Shown here: piece by piece, positions 1-14,656 of the stretch | Layout: each line of letters starts with the position of its first letter | How positions within the stretch are numbered: position 1 is the first letter of the stretch | Assembly (NCBI RefSeq): GCF_009914755.1 | Contig: NC_060945.1 | From: the human T2T-CHM13v2.0 reference genome, Homo sapiens | DNA length: 64,000 bases | Strand: one strand, 5' to 3' | The notes under the pieces: model-generated | What the model was told of the DNA's origin: nothing | Seen by the model: the letters and a program-made list of their open reading frames with translations, nothing else | The model's database searches: none | Program-made: the position numbers and the translations under genes

Positions 1-1883
1 AATAAAATTGAGGGATTTGCATAATTTAGTATCTGGCTTTCAGAAATTTTTTTTAACAACAGAAAAAAAGGTTTTCATTGCCTCTCCCTCTGGAATATAA
101 ACTGACTCTGCCTCATGAGAACATACCTGTGTCCCAAGCATTGGCCCTCAAGAGGTTGTGGCTTAGAAACCAAAGAATGTAAATAAAACCTGTGTAGAAA
201 GTGATGTTCCCAGGCAGCTGCTTTGGGAGCCTCTCCTGGTTTGTTTATTTTTTTTTTCATACCCGCTTTGTTTAACACATGCTAGGTTTTTCCCAGCTAG
301 CTATCAAACATTGCTCACGTTTAAGGGTTAAAATAATGTGGTCATTATTGTACTATTCCCGAGAAACGGGAAAAAGAGATCTACAGCAGACTTGCTGCAG
401 CTGTTAGGCAGCCCAATTGCCAACCACAAGGGAATTTGCTTACTTCTATATCACAATCTCCCACCTTGATAAAAAAGAAAAAAACACACCCATTTCATTT
501 AGACTGTATACTAAGAATAATTGCCACCAATATTGATTGGCCTTTTGGGATCCAGCTGAATTTAAAAATTGCAGACTGTGAAATCCCAGCTGATGTATCC
601 TCACTGAGATTACTGCTTATTTGTGACAGGTTCCTGTGTTTAAACTTATCTATGAAAACTGTGAAATTAATATCTTCATGTTGAGTACAATATGGTAACA
701 CAACCTGCTGAGACGCACAGCTATTTTTGTTCTTATTATTTTAATGCTGGCTCCTGCCTGTGCCCCACTGTGAATCTTTCTGATAATGAAGCATAAGTAC
801 ATTTGTTATCTGGAGTCTCATGTTCTCACTGTTTTCTAACTGTTTATTTTCAGGGATTGCACAAATGAGGTTTGTTTCTTTTTAAGTTTTTTTTTTGCTG
901 CACAATTAGTTTTATCTGGATTTTAACCTAGTTGGTTCTCACGCTGGCCTCCGGCTTGGGAGTAAAATTACTGCAGTTGACTTCTGTTTCTGCTTCATCG
1001 TACACACCTCCGACACAGAAGATTTGAAGCTAGACGTTTCCTGACAAGTGCTTTCGTCTGCTAAAATCAGAGAGGAAAATGTGCTAGAGTCTTAACTACT
1101 AAATCCACGTGATTAACTTATAAAGTTCAAATATGTCAAATATGGAAATTCAGCTGTTTCTGAAACTAATCACAGCTAAAAAACAAAAGCTGATCATGTG
1201 GAAATGTGCCTTTAAGTCACACAAACATATATGACTCTGACGCTGAAAATTTCAGGGAGTCATGGGCTATTGGTCTGGCACACATAAAAGCAGCAGAGAA
1301 CAATGTCACTTGCTTTCCATGAGACTAGAAGTTCTTTGTTTCGTCTGTTATTATCAGAGTCATTGCAGAATCTCATCTTCCTCTCCATTCCAGTTTCATC
1401 CCTTCCTCATATTACACACAAATTAAATGTCAGTTTTGAAAGAATCAGGGCAATACCATTTTTAAAAAATATATATACACAGATAAAAGGACTGGAAAGG
1501 TGTACACAAAAATTCACAGAGATTCTCTCTGCCTTTCTGGTTACCTGTGATTTGTATTTTCTTCTTTTCACTAATCTCTATGTCCTAAATTTCCTACAAT
1601 GTGTAGGGATGACCTTGGTAACAGGAAAACAATTATATTTTTTAAAAAAACTGCTATAAATATGTAACACAACTTCTATACTTCATGTGGAATTATATAT
1701 AATTTCACTTCCAAGTTCTTTTAATGTGAAAATTATATAAACAAAAAATTAATATCACTATCAATATTAATACTTAAATTTTATGTTTAAAGAATTTACT
1801 TTTATGTTACATTATTTCAAGTTCATTCTGATAAATCTCAGTGAGTAGTCAAAATGCAACTGTTTTTTTTTTTAATTTACTTA

Positions 1884-1995
1884 TTGGTTGACTGGTTGCT
1901 TGGTTGGTTGGTTCGTTGGTTGCTTGGTTGGTTGCTTGGTTGCTTGGTTGGCTGGTTGCTTGGTTGTTTGCTTGGTTGCTTGGTTGGTTGGTTGG

Positions 1996-2050
<55 letters not shown>

Positions 2051-2476
2051 GCTGGTTGGTTGGTTGGTTGCTTGGTTGGTTGGTTGCTTGCTTGCTTGGT
2101 TGCTTGCTTCATTGGTTGCTTGGTTGCTTGCTTCATTGGTTGCTTGGTTGCTTGCTTCGTTGCTTGCTTGGTTGGTTGCTTGGTTGGTTGCTTGGTTGGT
2201 TGGTTGGTTGGTTGCTTGATTGGTTGCTTGGTTGCTTGGTTGGTTGGTTGGTTGGTTGTTTGGTTGCTTGGTTGGTTGGTTGGTTGGTTGCTTGGTTGGT
2301 TGGTTGGTTGCTTGCTTGCTTTGTTGCTTGCTTGGTTCGTTGGTTCGTTGGTTGGTTGGTTGGTTGGTTGGTTGGTTGGTTGGTTGGTTGGTTCGTTGAT
2401 TGCTTGGTTGGTTGGTTGCTTGGTTGGTTGGCTGGTTCATTGGTTGGTTGGTTGCTTGGTTGTTTGGTTGGTTGGT
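1884..2476. repeat. Compound (TTGG)n/(TTGC)n tetranucleotide array, ~590 bp
   Basis: Directly visible; generates the low-complexity ORFs at 1849-2593. Confidence 0.97.
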
Positions 2477-3511
2477 TTTCTTCACATTTTAACAGTAAGT
2501 TTTCTTATTCTTCACTTTTATGAGCATTTTACTTTATTATTATCATCTGAGGTTTCTAACACAGGGCACAAGTTTTACAAATCCAAATCATAACTAATAG
2601 GTAGAAAAGTCTATAAAATGTGAAAAATACAAATGTAACACACACGCACACTACAATTTATTTTATTATTCCAAATTTCAAAAATAGTTTTAAAAATTGA
2701 ATTCCAGCTACTTCAACAAATATGCTTCCACTAGCTTAGAGAACAGCAGAAAACAAGTTGAAAATCTTCTTTTATACCTCTAATAGAGCCGCAAATTAAT
2801 TTAAACAGCAACTTAATGTATTTTCAAATAGGCCTTCACACTTTCTTACTGAAAATAGAGCATAAGAAACAAAGACAAAGTGTATTCCAATTACTTAGGA
2901 AAAATTATTAGCTCCAGGGATACTTTAGAATAATGTGTTTAAAACTGTTTTGTCTGGAGACTTAATGTATAGCATGGTGACTATAGTTAATTACAATGTA
3001 TAGTACACTTGAAATTTGCCAAAAGAGTAGATCGTAATTATTCTCACCATACACACACATACACAAAAAGGTAATTATAAATACATTCATTAATTTGATT
3101 GTGGTAAGCATCTTACAATGTTTAGGTATTTCAAGTCATTACATTCTACACCTTAAATATATTCAATTTTACTTGTCAATTATACCTCAATAAAGCAGGG
3201 GGCAACACAAATAAATTTTTTAAATTTAGCGTGCAAAAATATTTTTAAACAGTTTCAAAGCTGAGTCCACAGTGTTGATTTTACTTGCACAAAATATTTC
3301 TGCAATATTTATCCTATCATTTGGTTCACTCCAGGCCTGCCCTAGAAACCTGTCACACTTTCAGTTCAGGACCTACAGACTCATTGCAACCAGCCGGTTG
3401 TCTCTGCTGCCATGAGGGGAGGTCCCAAGTCATCAAAGGGGACACTCTATCCCTAAGGTCAGCTGTAACCTTCCATAAGACTGTCTTCTTGTTATTATGA
3501 AACATAACTAA

Positions 3512-3881
<370 letters not shown>

Positions 3882-4206
3882 CTAAAGTTTGCTGTGTTGG
3901 GCGTCACTAATTTTTAACTTGTGATGGAAGATGTTTGGAATTATAAGAGCAGGTGGCGAATCAGCCCATTGGGCTACCTTGGCTAAGTCTGGTAGTTTGT
4001 TTACAGTCATCATTTCCCTGATTGGAAAACACAAAAGCTTTGAGTTCCAGGACCTTCCCTTCAAGCTTGGGCATTACAAGAGGCAATTACTAAAAGTTGA
4101 CATAGCTTTGTTGTTATTTCAGTAGGTACAAACCTGCCAGTAGTTATGGTTTACGAAAATAATAAATGGAGAGGAGACTCTCCCCTTGTTTAAATTTCGG
4201 AGGTTA

Positions 4207-4503
<297 letters not shown>

Positions 4504-5031
4504 TTCAGAGGTTAATGGCTTGACTCTTAGCATAGACACACAGATGTTACGCTATAGATTATACCAGGAAGAGGTGGGAGGAGCCACACATCCCACATCA
4601 GAAATAGCCTTTGGAAAACTGCAAACTGGATTGCGTGTGCGTTTGGCTGCAAAATAAATCATGAGTTTCTCCCAAACATTAGATGGACAAAGGAACAATT
4701 CACTTTTTTTCCCCACTGTGATCCATTCACAATGGAGTATATTCCTGGAGGATTCTAAGATGTGTTTTGTTCACTAGAGAAGACTTTTTAGGAGTGTTTA
4801 GTTTAGGAAATGCTTAGCTGGCTATAGAAGACAGGCGCACATTCTTATCTGACTACAGAATCCAGGTGTCACCTGTGGAGTTAACACAAGGCCACAGATG
4901 GCCGCCTTCAAGGTGACCCTGCCCAGAGCCTAGGGAACAAGGTGAGGGTTGACTGAGAAGGGAAATGGTGGTCCTGCTGAGAAGGACATTCCCCAAGCTC
5001 ATGGTCTGGTCCACAAGCCATCGGTCACACA

Positions 5032-5633
5032 GAGGGTCACACAGATATGGGATGCCCAGTTAAATTTTAATTTCTGATAAACAATGAATTTGTTTAGTAT
5101 AAATAAATATGTCGTAAATATTGTATGGGACATACTAAAAACATTACAATATAATTTAGTACATGTACTATGTACTAGTATATGTACTAAATTTTATATA
5201 TGTGTATTTTAATATTAAAAGTTAGGCCAGGCACGGTGGCTCACGCCTGTAATCCCAGCATTTTGGGAGGCCGAGGCGGCCGGATCACCTGAGGTCAGGA
5301 GTTCAAGACCAGCCTGGCCAACATGGCGAAACCCTGTCTCTACTAAAAATACAAAAATTAGCTGGGTATGGTGGCAGGTGCCTGTAATCCCAGCTACTCA
5401 GGAGGCTGAGGCAAGAGAATCTCTTGAACCAGGGAGGCGGAGGATGCAGTGAGCCGAGATCGCACCACGGCACTCCAGCCTGGGCAACAGAGTGAGATTC
5501 TGTCTCAAAACAAAAAAAAAAAGGAAAAAGAAAAAGAAAAAAAGTTAGTATGTTATACCCAACACATATTCAAGGTTGATCTGAAATTCAAATGCAACTA
5601 GGTATCTTGTATTTTTGCTAAATGTGGCAACCC
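5032..5633. mobile_element. MER53-like palindromic DNA transposon split by an Alu
   Basis: GGATGCCCAGTTAAATTTTAATTTCTGATAAAC ... ATCTGAAATTCAAATGCAACTAGGTATC...GGCAACCC resembles the recalled MER53 consensus. Confidence 0.7.
5225..5542 (+). mobile_element. Alu (Sx-like)
   Basis: Dimeric Alu; TSD AAAAGTTA. Confidence 0.95.
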
Positions 5634-6200
5634 TCGCACACAGCGATTCGCTAGTGGCTTTGGAGGGCAGAGGAGGTAGTTCCCTGAGCCCTCCACGTGA
5701 CTTTTCCTTCTGTCCTCCCCTTCTCTGCTCAGAGGCCCCTTCCTGGGAGAAGGCTTCGCTGATCACTCTGTATACCACTGCACCCTTTTCCCACACTCCC
5801 GGCCCCCTTAGCCTGCCTTTTCCTCCATAACTTATCATTGGATGACATACTACATACTTTGAGTAAATGATTTTTTTCATCTTTATTCTCAGCCCTTTGT
5901 ATTATGTCTGCCACAGAGTGGGCCTTAAAAAATATTTGTGGAACTGCATGAATGAGAGTGACTCCATGGACAAGGATAAAACACTGAAAGTAAAATAAAG
6001 GCAGAACTAAGGTAAATGAGTATTGCCATTTCGACTCACCTGATAGATCTGTGTGTTTTAGTCAGTGCAAAACTCACCTGGCGAAGGGAACACCAATGAA
6101 TAAGATGACGATTAGGTAGGTCCAAGGTGGGGCCCAAGATTCTGTAGCCCTACCACGTTCCCAGGTGATGCCGATGTAGCAAAGAGAGTCCTTGAAGAGA

Positions 6201-6520
6201 GGCAGGGCACGGTGGCTCACGCCTGTAATCCCAGCACTTTGGGAGGCTGAGGCAGGCAGATAGTTTGAAGCCAGAAGTTTGAGACCAGCCTGGGCAACAT
6301 GGTGAAATCCAGTCTCTACCAAAAAATACAAAAGTTTATCAGGCATTGTAGCATACACCTGTAATCCTAGCTACTCAGGAGGCTGAGGCACGAGAATCAC
6401 TTGAACCCAGGAGGCGGAGGTTGCAGTGAGCCAAGATCACACCACTGTACTCCAGCCTGGGTGACAGAGCAAGACTCCAACTCAAAAAAGAAAAAAAAAA
6501 AAAGAAAGAAAAAGAAAAAG
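6201..6520 (+). mobile_element. Alu
   Basis: Dimeric Alu with A/AG tail. Confidence 0.95.
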
Positions 6521-9500
6521 AGAGAGAGAGAGAATCATTGAAGAAAGCTTGGATCCAGGTAAAAATAAAGAGCAGGACACAACCAGAAAAGTCTGTGGTT
6601 CTGTTATATCATTGGACAGTGTAATGAAATGTAATGTGTTTTAAAAAATAAAAATTCTATATTCCTAAATCTTGAATAGATTCCTATTTCAGAAACCATC
6701 CATTCTGATGAGTCTCCCTTAGCTCTGAAAGAAAGAGGATAAAAACCAAATACAAGAATAATAAAAACCACCTGTCCAAGATGAACTGGAGAAAGGGTGC
6801 TAATCTCCCTGCGACAACTCCTACAACTGTATTTGATCAGGATGATAAGAAAAGTTTTAACTCATGCCTCAAGCAGAGCCACAAGACCTGCCTTTTTTGA
6901 TGACCTTGAATTCTACAACACAGGCTCCAAACCTCACATCTTGTCAACTCTCACCATGAGAAAAGTAGGAAACACTCTCTCACGTTCCCAAGTACTCACC
7001 ATACCCCCCAAAATAAGTAAAAGCTTACTTTAAAAAATAATTTGTTTTCAGAGCAGAAATCTTCTAAAAGTTGAATTCTGATTCCGTACACACCTGCGGA
7101 GAGGTACTTGCCATGCCCACTGTCTAATATGCTTCTCTTTCTATGAACTAGGGTAGGGGTTACAAATAGCTGCCATAGAGTTACTGTCATTATCAGCCTG
7201 CAATCTGTGAGCAGCTGTTAAAAACCCACATTTTGTCTCAATTGTAATCATTCAAACAAATAATGCTTACCTACAGTTCAAAAGAAGTCAGTCTGGAATT
7301 AAGTGCTGTTCATACCAATTATGTTTCTTCTTTCAGATGTATGGAAAGGGAAAATAAATTATCCATTAAATTGCAGATATATGTAAAGATGCTTTTTGTA
7401 GTAAAAGCCAAAACAACTTGAATCTGACCTGTGATTAGAAATAACAGACATTTGAAATTCAGTAACTTAATTCATTGACAATATCACCAGGTTAGTTATC
7501 AATGATTCATTCAGTTTTCTTTTAAGCATTATTAATTGCTTGATACCATTTAGGATCAGGAAACCCTTAGTGCAGTGAAAATTGTAAAAGTTTATGACCT
7601 GGGAGGCCCGTGTCTAGCCATGCCTCTGTCAGGAATCTGTGGTGTGACTTCTGACAAGAGTTTTATCCCTCTGGATCTGTTTCCTTGGCTGGAAAGTGAG
7701 GAAATCGATCCAAAGATTACCTCGCAGATTCTCTCCAACTCTGACATTCTATCATTTCACACTCACTTTAAAATAGACTGTCGGCGACCCTACGCCAGTT
7801 TTCCTTGAGAAACAGCGCCACCTTCAGGTCATAATAACCATAAGAGAGCTGACCGTGAAGGTGCTTCTCCGGCAGGAGCGATTTGCCCTGATCCACAGAA
7901 ACCCTTCCCCCGCAGTCCTCTGGGATGCGGTCACACACTTGTGAGTCTGCCGCTGGGTTAAGATCAATGCGTATGGACATGGAGCCAAGCTGAGCTAACT
8001 GGCCCACAAGGGACAGATGCATGACCTTGGCCTAATTATCACAGCTCCAGCTAACAGTTCGCCCACAGCAAAGCTCCTTGTGGAACCCTATAAAGAAGGA
8101 AAGGAAGCGAGGGATATGCTGGATGAACTAAACTCTACAAAACAATGAAAATGGACACACCTCTTCTTCAGGCAATTCCACTTAAGATAGTTTCCAGCTG
8201 TTCTTATTTTAGCAAGATATCTACTTGGATATACTTTCATTAAGAAAAATGACATAGTGAACTCTGAAGTAAATATCAGATTTTTTTCACCCAGCAAATA
8301 TTTATTGAGCAACCAACCACTTGAATGCCAGCACCGTGCTAAAAGCTCTCACAAAATTACTTTTATTGAATTTCCACAACAGCCCTTGTGAGAGAGGAAT
8401 TCATATCTTCATTTTTCAACACAAGGAAGTTGAGAATGAGAGAGGCCCAGAAACAGCAGATCTGGCAACAAGCTTGAATATGCAGACACAAACATTCCAC
8501 ACAGTCCTCCTCTGAGGACACGACGCAACTGCTCCTTTTCAAGAGCTTATCACTTGGCACAGTGTGGCACCAACTGCAATCAGCAGTGCAGAGGCAAAGG
8601 CCGCTAGGGAACTCAGTTTATTTCTCTGCAGTGTGATCTGTATGCAGAAAATGGCCCTATCTTTGCCAGCCATCCTCTGCCATACCTCCCTAACCCACTG
8701 ATGGATGCTGGGCAGGATAAGGGGGATAAGTTAATTTGTTCCTAAGTGTCTAAACAAGGATCCTTCTTAGAAACAGTGGATATTTAAGGTTGTCCCTTTG
8801 ATCACATCCCAACAATCCCTAAATTCCATAGGCTTTCTTGGTTGGGAAAGAGGCAGAGCAACTGCTACCCATGGGAATGCATCATATTTGGAAATATAAT
8901 GTTTCCTGTGCATTACAGAGGAGAGAAGTGGGAAGCATCGCCCGGTGCTGGAGGTACTCCAGCTACAGGTGGTACCCTCTATATCTTACTCTTTCCCGTA
9001 CCTACATATGTGTAGTCAACTCCAGTTGATGAGATCAGGTTTTCAATTCTTTGTACCCCCCCACTGCACTTTGCAAAATACTGGCACATAAATTTAAAGT
9101 TACTAAATATTTGCTGGTGTGTTAGGAAAAACACATAGTCTGCATGCAGAAAACAGGAATTATACAAACTAGCATGATCAGACATATTTAAGATGTCAGC
9201 TGAGTTACTCTAGGGCAGAGCCCAAGGATGAAGCTTGGCTGAGGGAGGATAGGGGAAGTGCCTTGGGACCTTTAGATTATGGGTGGAAGGAACAAAAGAC
9301 CCACATGGAACAAGACACTAGAGTTGGATTGACCCTTTGGGGAAGGAGAAGTTACGATATGACATCTAAACCGCAAGGAAGATGCCAGAAAAAGAAAGAA
9401 TAATATATTGTGTAAGCAAGCAATTTCTTAATTTTAAACGTGTTTTTATATTCAGGTGAAATTGTTTTATTCAAGGTTGAATGACTACTAAGTTGCAGCT

Positions 9501-10776
9501 AATCAGAAGTTGAGAAAGAAATGCTTGGCAGTTGGAATCCAGTTTTTGCACATAATCAGAACCAGTACTGTCAGTTTCATGGCGTCTCAAAAGCTAAGAC
9601 TGAGAAGGAAAAAGGGAACAGAGCCGGCCTTGTCACACCACAGACGGGAGCAGAAGTGCAGAACTGTCCCCATGGCATGTGTTCAAAAGAGTATCGTGTA
9701 GCAAACCCTAACCACAGCAGCAGTGGCTGAGCTAATCCTGGCTGGATCCCAGTAAGGCCCTTCTCGAGTCCCAGCAATGACGATGGTAGATTAGCAATCT
9801 CTTCTCAATGTGTCAATATCATCTATGTTTCTACCCTGCTAGCCTCCTCTTTTCCTTCTTTCTACCCCACCCTCAATTAACCATGCCTCCTCTTACAATT
9901 TCTAGTCTGCAAGAGACTAGGACAATAGAGAATCAAAAACTAGGGTAGAAACACAGAGGCTGCTGTGGTTAGCGCTTGCTGCGTGATAGATAGGTTTGGT
10001 TTTGTAGCAATAACACAAGGCGGAAAGTGATAGAAAATTCAACATTCTAACTGCAATTCACCAAATCTTATCTCCAGACTTGCGGTGTTTATAGTTTCAG
10101 CAACACAACCTGACTGCCAGGAGGAGAGTGAGGATAATAGCATGAATCCGACTGACAAGGAATATGTCTTGGAGAGCCGTGAACCATACCAGGAAGAGAT
10201 TTTTTGCTTATAAGAGCATATTTGTTTGTGGGCTCTTTCCAGGAGCAATAGACTAAGTTGAAGATGTTTTATAAAAAGATAGTTTTATAGAACAGATATT
10301 AGGAAACTATTTTTTTATGATGACACACGGATCTTCAGCCTTGAGACTGTATCTTCCAGCCTGGTTGATCCTTCTGCACTGGTTGGTACACAGTCACTTC
10401 CCTGAATGTCCCCATCTCAATCCTCCCCACACTACCCTGTCCACTGAGTCCCACCCCAGGACCATCCCCAGCCCAGCCTCACAGTCCAGCATCCACAGGG
10501 TTAATGGCAGACACAGTAGAGAGCCGCAACAGTTGCTAAATATTGTCAATATCAACCCTGATTACAGGCGATCGATTCTACAAAGAACTCTACAAAGATT
10601 CTACATTCTTTATTCTATATAGATTCTGTAAAAGAAGAATCTAAGCACTTTGTTCTGCACCGTCCAAACATGAGTCATTGTTTTCAGGGCATCATTTGGC
10701 TTTTAACACAAAGACCCAGCAGAGGGAGCCGTTTCCTAACATGAAAGGAGCTATAGGCCCTGCTAAGACAGCAACT

Positions 10777-11125
10777 GTTATTAGTATTATTCCACTAGAG
10801 CTGCCATAGAGGGGTGACGTCAACAACAGAAATGTATTTTCTCACAGTTCTGGAGACTGGAAGTCTGAAATCAAGGTGTCAGCAGAATTGGTTCCTTCTG
10901 AGATCTCTCTTCTTGGCTCATAGATGGCGGATTTCTGAGTCTTCACATGGTCACCCCTCTGTGTCTGTGTCCTAATCTCCTCTTCCTATTAGGACATCAG
11001 TTATATCAGATTAAAGCCCCCTCTCCCCATGACCTCGTTTTACCTTAATTACCTTCCTAAAGGCCCTTTCTCCAAATGCAGCCACATTCTGAGAGGTACT
11101 GGGGGATAGGACTTCAACATATAGA
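10777..11125 (-). mobile_element. MaLR LTR (MLT1A-like)
   Basis: AACAACAGAAATGTATTTTCTCACAGTTCTGGAGACTGGAAGTCTGAAATCAAGGTG hallmark. Confidence 0.8.
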
Positions 11126-12240
11126 TATTTGGGCTTCAATATATATATATATATGAATCCTATCCCCCAGAGGCACTGAGGGATAAGACTTCTATATATA
11201 GTAGCCTTTCAAACATGTATACATTTCAAAATGATTTTCTGTTGTTTTCTATAGGTTAGATTGCCCATTGTGTTGACTCCCATAATAAGTCAATGGTTTA
11301 AAGTCTTTGTCCTACCACCACATTGGCACACATCCATGGTGTGCTCAGATGGGAAGAAATTCAGACCTGAGTCCCTGCCTTCAGCAGATCCTGCAAGTTC
11401 ACATATCTAGATATAGAAGGAAGTCTTGAAGATAGACACATGCAGGGTGGCTGGCAGCCATCTGCAGAGGCCACCAAATGGAGAATGGCAAATGTTAAGG
11501 ACAAGATAGTGGAGCCATTCCAGACATCTTTGAAACCAGTCTTATAGACTCTCCTCCCTCTGATTCCCCCCTCTCCTGTCCCAACTTTACACACCCAAGG
11601 CCTGGCAGTTCTGCTGATTGGCTAGCCTGGATTTGCACAGAGAACAACTCACTGGACCAGATGTGCTTCATCAACCCCACGGTTAGACAATAGCATTCTG
11701 ACTACAGTGGCGCATCCTCAGCCTCCCCAGGCAAACAGATTCTTGTCCCATACATCCCTTACTTACAGCCTTGGAGCTGGGATGATGGCGGTTACCCTTA
11801 TCATGCTAACTGGCTTATAGACCCACTACAGACCTCACCCTGCTGTCTCAAAATGTAATCTACCCATATCTGAAGGGTTGTCTTAAGGATGCATGAATGT
11901 ATCTAAATAATTATCAATGATGCTTGTTTGCAATAAAGTGATTATCTTGCTCTACAATCACTTTATTGCAAACAAACATCATTAGAAAAATATTGTTATA
12001 ACCTTCTTTACAAAATCATGTATAAGAGATTTCATGCAAAATAGATCATGACCACTGCCATTATAGTAGATGGGACCCAGAAAGAACAGCCCTTTGCTTA
12101 AAGTAGGATTCTATGTGCACTCACTTTACCATAAGATTACTGTGACTTGCTGAGTGTACCAGGATGTTAGAGGTGTAATTTAATTTCTCAAAGAGATTGA
12201 AAGCCAGTGCCTGGGTTCAAAAGGCGAGGAGGCTTGCTCC

Positions 12241-12572
12241 TTTCTTTTCTTTTCCTTTTTTTTTTATTATTTTCTTTTCTTTTTTGAATAGGGTCTCGCT
12301 CTGTCACCCAGGCTGGAGTATAGTGGCACGATCATGGCTCACTGCAGCCTCAACCTCCCGGGCTCAAATGATCCTTCCACCTCAGCCTCCCGAGTAGCTG
12401 GGACTACAGGTGCACACCACCATGCCAGGCTAATTTTTAAATTTTTTTGTAGAGACCCCCAGGGGTCTCCCTATGTTGCCCAGGCTGGCCTCAAACTCTT
12501 GGGCTCAAGCCATCCTCCCGCCTCAGCCTCCCTAAGTGCTGGGATTACAGGCGTGAGCCACAACTCCTGGCC
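12241..12572 (-). mobile_element. Alu (J-type)
   Basis: Reverse Alu with a leading T-tail. Confidence 0.93.
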
Positions 12573-13349
12573 AATGCAAAGCTTTCCACACCCCTCTGGG
12601 TTGGGGGATAGGGGCAGGTCTAATGAAACAGCAGGTAGTTCTGAATTAACACTGAATCTCTCAGCCATTGATTCGAGACTGCAGAAGTCAGCAGGGGCCT
12701 TTCCCTTTGGAGATGGAAGTGCCATTGGCTCAGCCCCTTTAATATACGACCCAAGATGTCAACTCATGGACCCTGCATCCTGTCTTTGGATCTCCCCATT
12801 TACACTATTGTAACCTCAGGACTTCTTCAAGTCTGCCAGAGGAATCCACTCACACAAAAGAAGCACTGTGGGCTCCTTGGAAAGTATGGTAGAGAGGCAG
12901 GGTGGGGTGTGGCTCAGTAATTACGACACATACTCCACAGCAAATGACCTCACAATAGTGCTTTGGCATTTCTGTTCCCCACACCCCTTTCCCGATGCCC
13001 TCCCTCAGGGGGCAGAAGTTTGTGCTCTCTCTGTCTCTCTCCCTCTCTCCTTTGCCACCCAGTGCCCACCCTCACTGCAGCCCTCTCCTAACCCCTCAAT
13101 CCCACACCCCACGCTGCCTCTAACCCACTCAGTGCCATGGTGGGCATCTATCTGTAGGGAACTCCAGCTCCCTCCAGCCCCTATGCCACCTGTCATTTCC
13201 AATCCTTTCTAGCAGCTCCCCTGAACCCTCTCTTTAATAAGATCTACCCTTTTTAAAAATCATATTTTAATTGTAATTTTAAGTTTCAAAATGTCCATTC
13301 TCTTAACAATCTTAACCAATTCTCATTGAATGCCTTCTGCATTGTGGTC

Positions 13350-13580
13350 ACAAAAGGGGCTCTGGAACCAGACGTTGGGGTTAGAATCCTGGATTCGCCA
13401 CTTACTGTGTGACTTTGGGCAAGTTATTTAACCTCTCTGGGCCTCTATTTTCTTGTCCACAATATAGGGAAGGTGATAATAGTAGCTGACTCTTAGGGTT
13501 GGTGTGAGAGAATGAGTCACTGAATTCGTGGCTGGAAGGCACGAACAGCGGTGCCCAGCATGGAGCGAGTTCAGTAATGT
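13350..13580 (+). mobile_element. MIR
   Basis: CTGTGTGACTTTGGGCAAGTTATTTAACCTCTCTGGGCCTC core. Confidence 0.8.
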
Positions 13581-13834
13581 TAGATGCCACCGTGTGGAGG
13601 CACCAGAGGGACCCAATAAACACACACAGAGGGACAAGCAAACCCGCAGTACCGGGTCGCAATGTCACGATGGTGGAAATGCAGGGTACTGTGGGCTTTA
13701 TTGGAGGGTCACCTAACCCACACTGGGGTGTGAGATCGCATCACCAACCCCAACAGACTCGGGGCTGTGTTGGGGTGGGGGGTGCCGAAGTTCTAGCCTC
13801 GGGGTCAAGCCACTTCTGATCACAATCCAATTCA

Positions 13835-13997
13835 CCCACATCACACACACCATGGCACACACATCATACACACACATACACACCATGCAAACATCACATA
13901 CACACATAACACACAAATACCACATCCACCACCCACACAGCACACACACATACCACATACCCCACAGCCCCCCGACAATAACACCATATGCACACCA

Positions 13998-14033
<36 letters not shown>
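13835..14033. repeat. CA-rich low-complexity region ending in (CA)n
   Basis: Directly visible. Confidence 0.92.
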
Positions 14034-14036
<3 letters not shown>

Positions 14037-14656
14037 CAGGTCACTACTTCCCTCCTATGTACTATGTGCCCTGCTATTTTCTATTCTGTTCCATTTCATG
14101 CCATTTCTTCTTAGTAGGACTCACTGAATTGATTTCAGGACCCACTAATAGGCCTGAGCAGGGGTTCAGAAAACACTGACTTGGAAGGAGGCAAAGGAAA
14201 CCCTTAAACGTCTGTGAAATGGAGCTTTGACCTGTGGTCTGCCCTTGACCTCTAAGTGGGGTAAGCCTCACACTAGGGGTGCCCTGTCCTGAGACATAGC
14301 CATAGCAGTAGGCCACCTTACTATTGGGCTGCCCTGGCCAAGAATGGGAGAAGCAGAGCCTCGTCACCAGCTGGGACAAGGGCAGCCCGAGGAGAGACCC
14401 TTTCACAGTGTCGGCACAGCTCCGTTTGACCTAAGAAGTAACCTCACTGGTTTTTGTTTCTAATCACCCCTTCATTTCACAATGGCCTGCAGGTTTCTTT
14501 TGCCGCCTTCTAAAATCAATGTTTTCCAAAGTACAGCTGAGTCATGACACATCAAATTAGTGAGTCTCAGACAACATTTTTTAAAAAAGAAAAAGAAAGG
14601 CATGGGATAGGATAGGATAGGATAAAGTAGAGCATGTGGCACAAGGATAAGTGCTG

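Noticed and set aside
180-1400. Repeat-poor stretch as conserved enhancer or lncRNA exon, including TTCCCGAGAA at 356-365
   Set aside because: Conservation and transcription cannot be judged from sequence alone, and the motif is expected by chance.
1849-2593. ORFs of 95-229 aa in several frames (LVGW- and QPTN-rich)
   Set aside because: Translation of a stop-free tetranucleotide repeat; no splice or promoter support.
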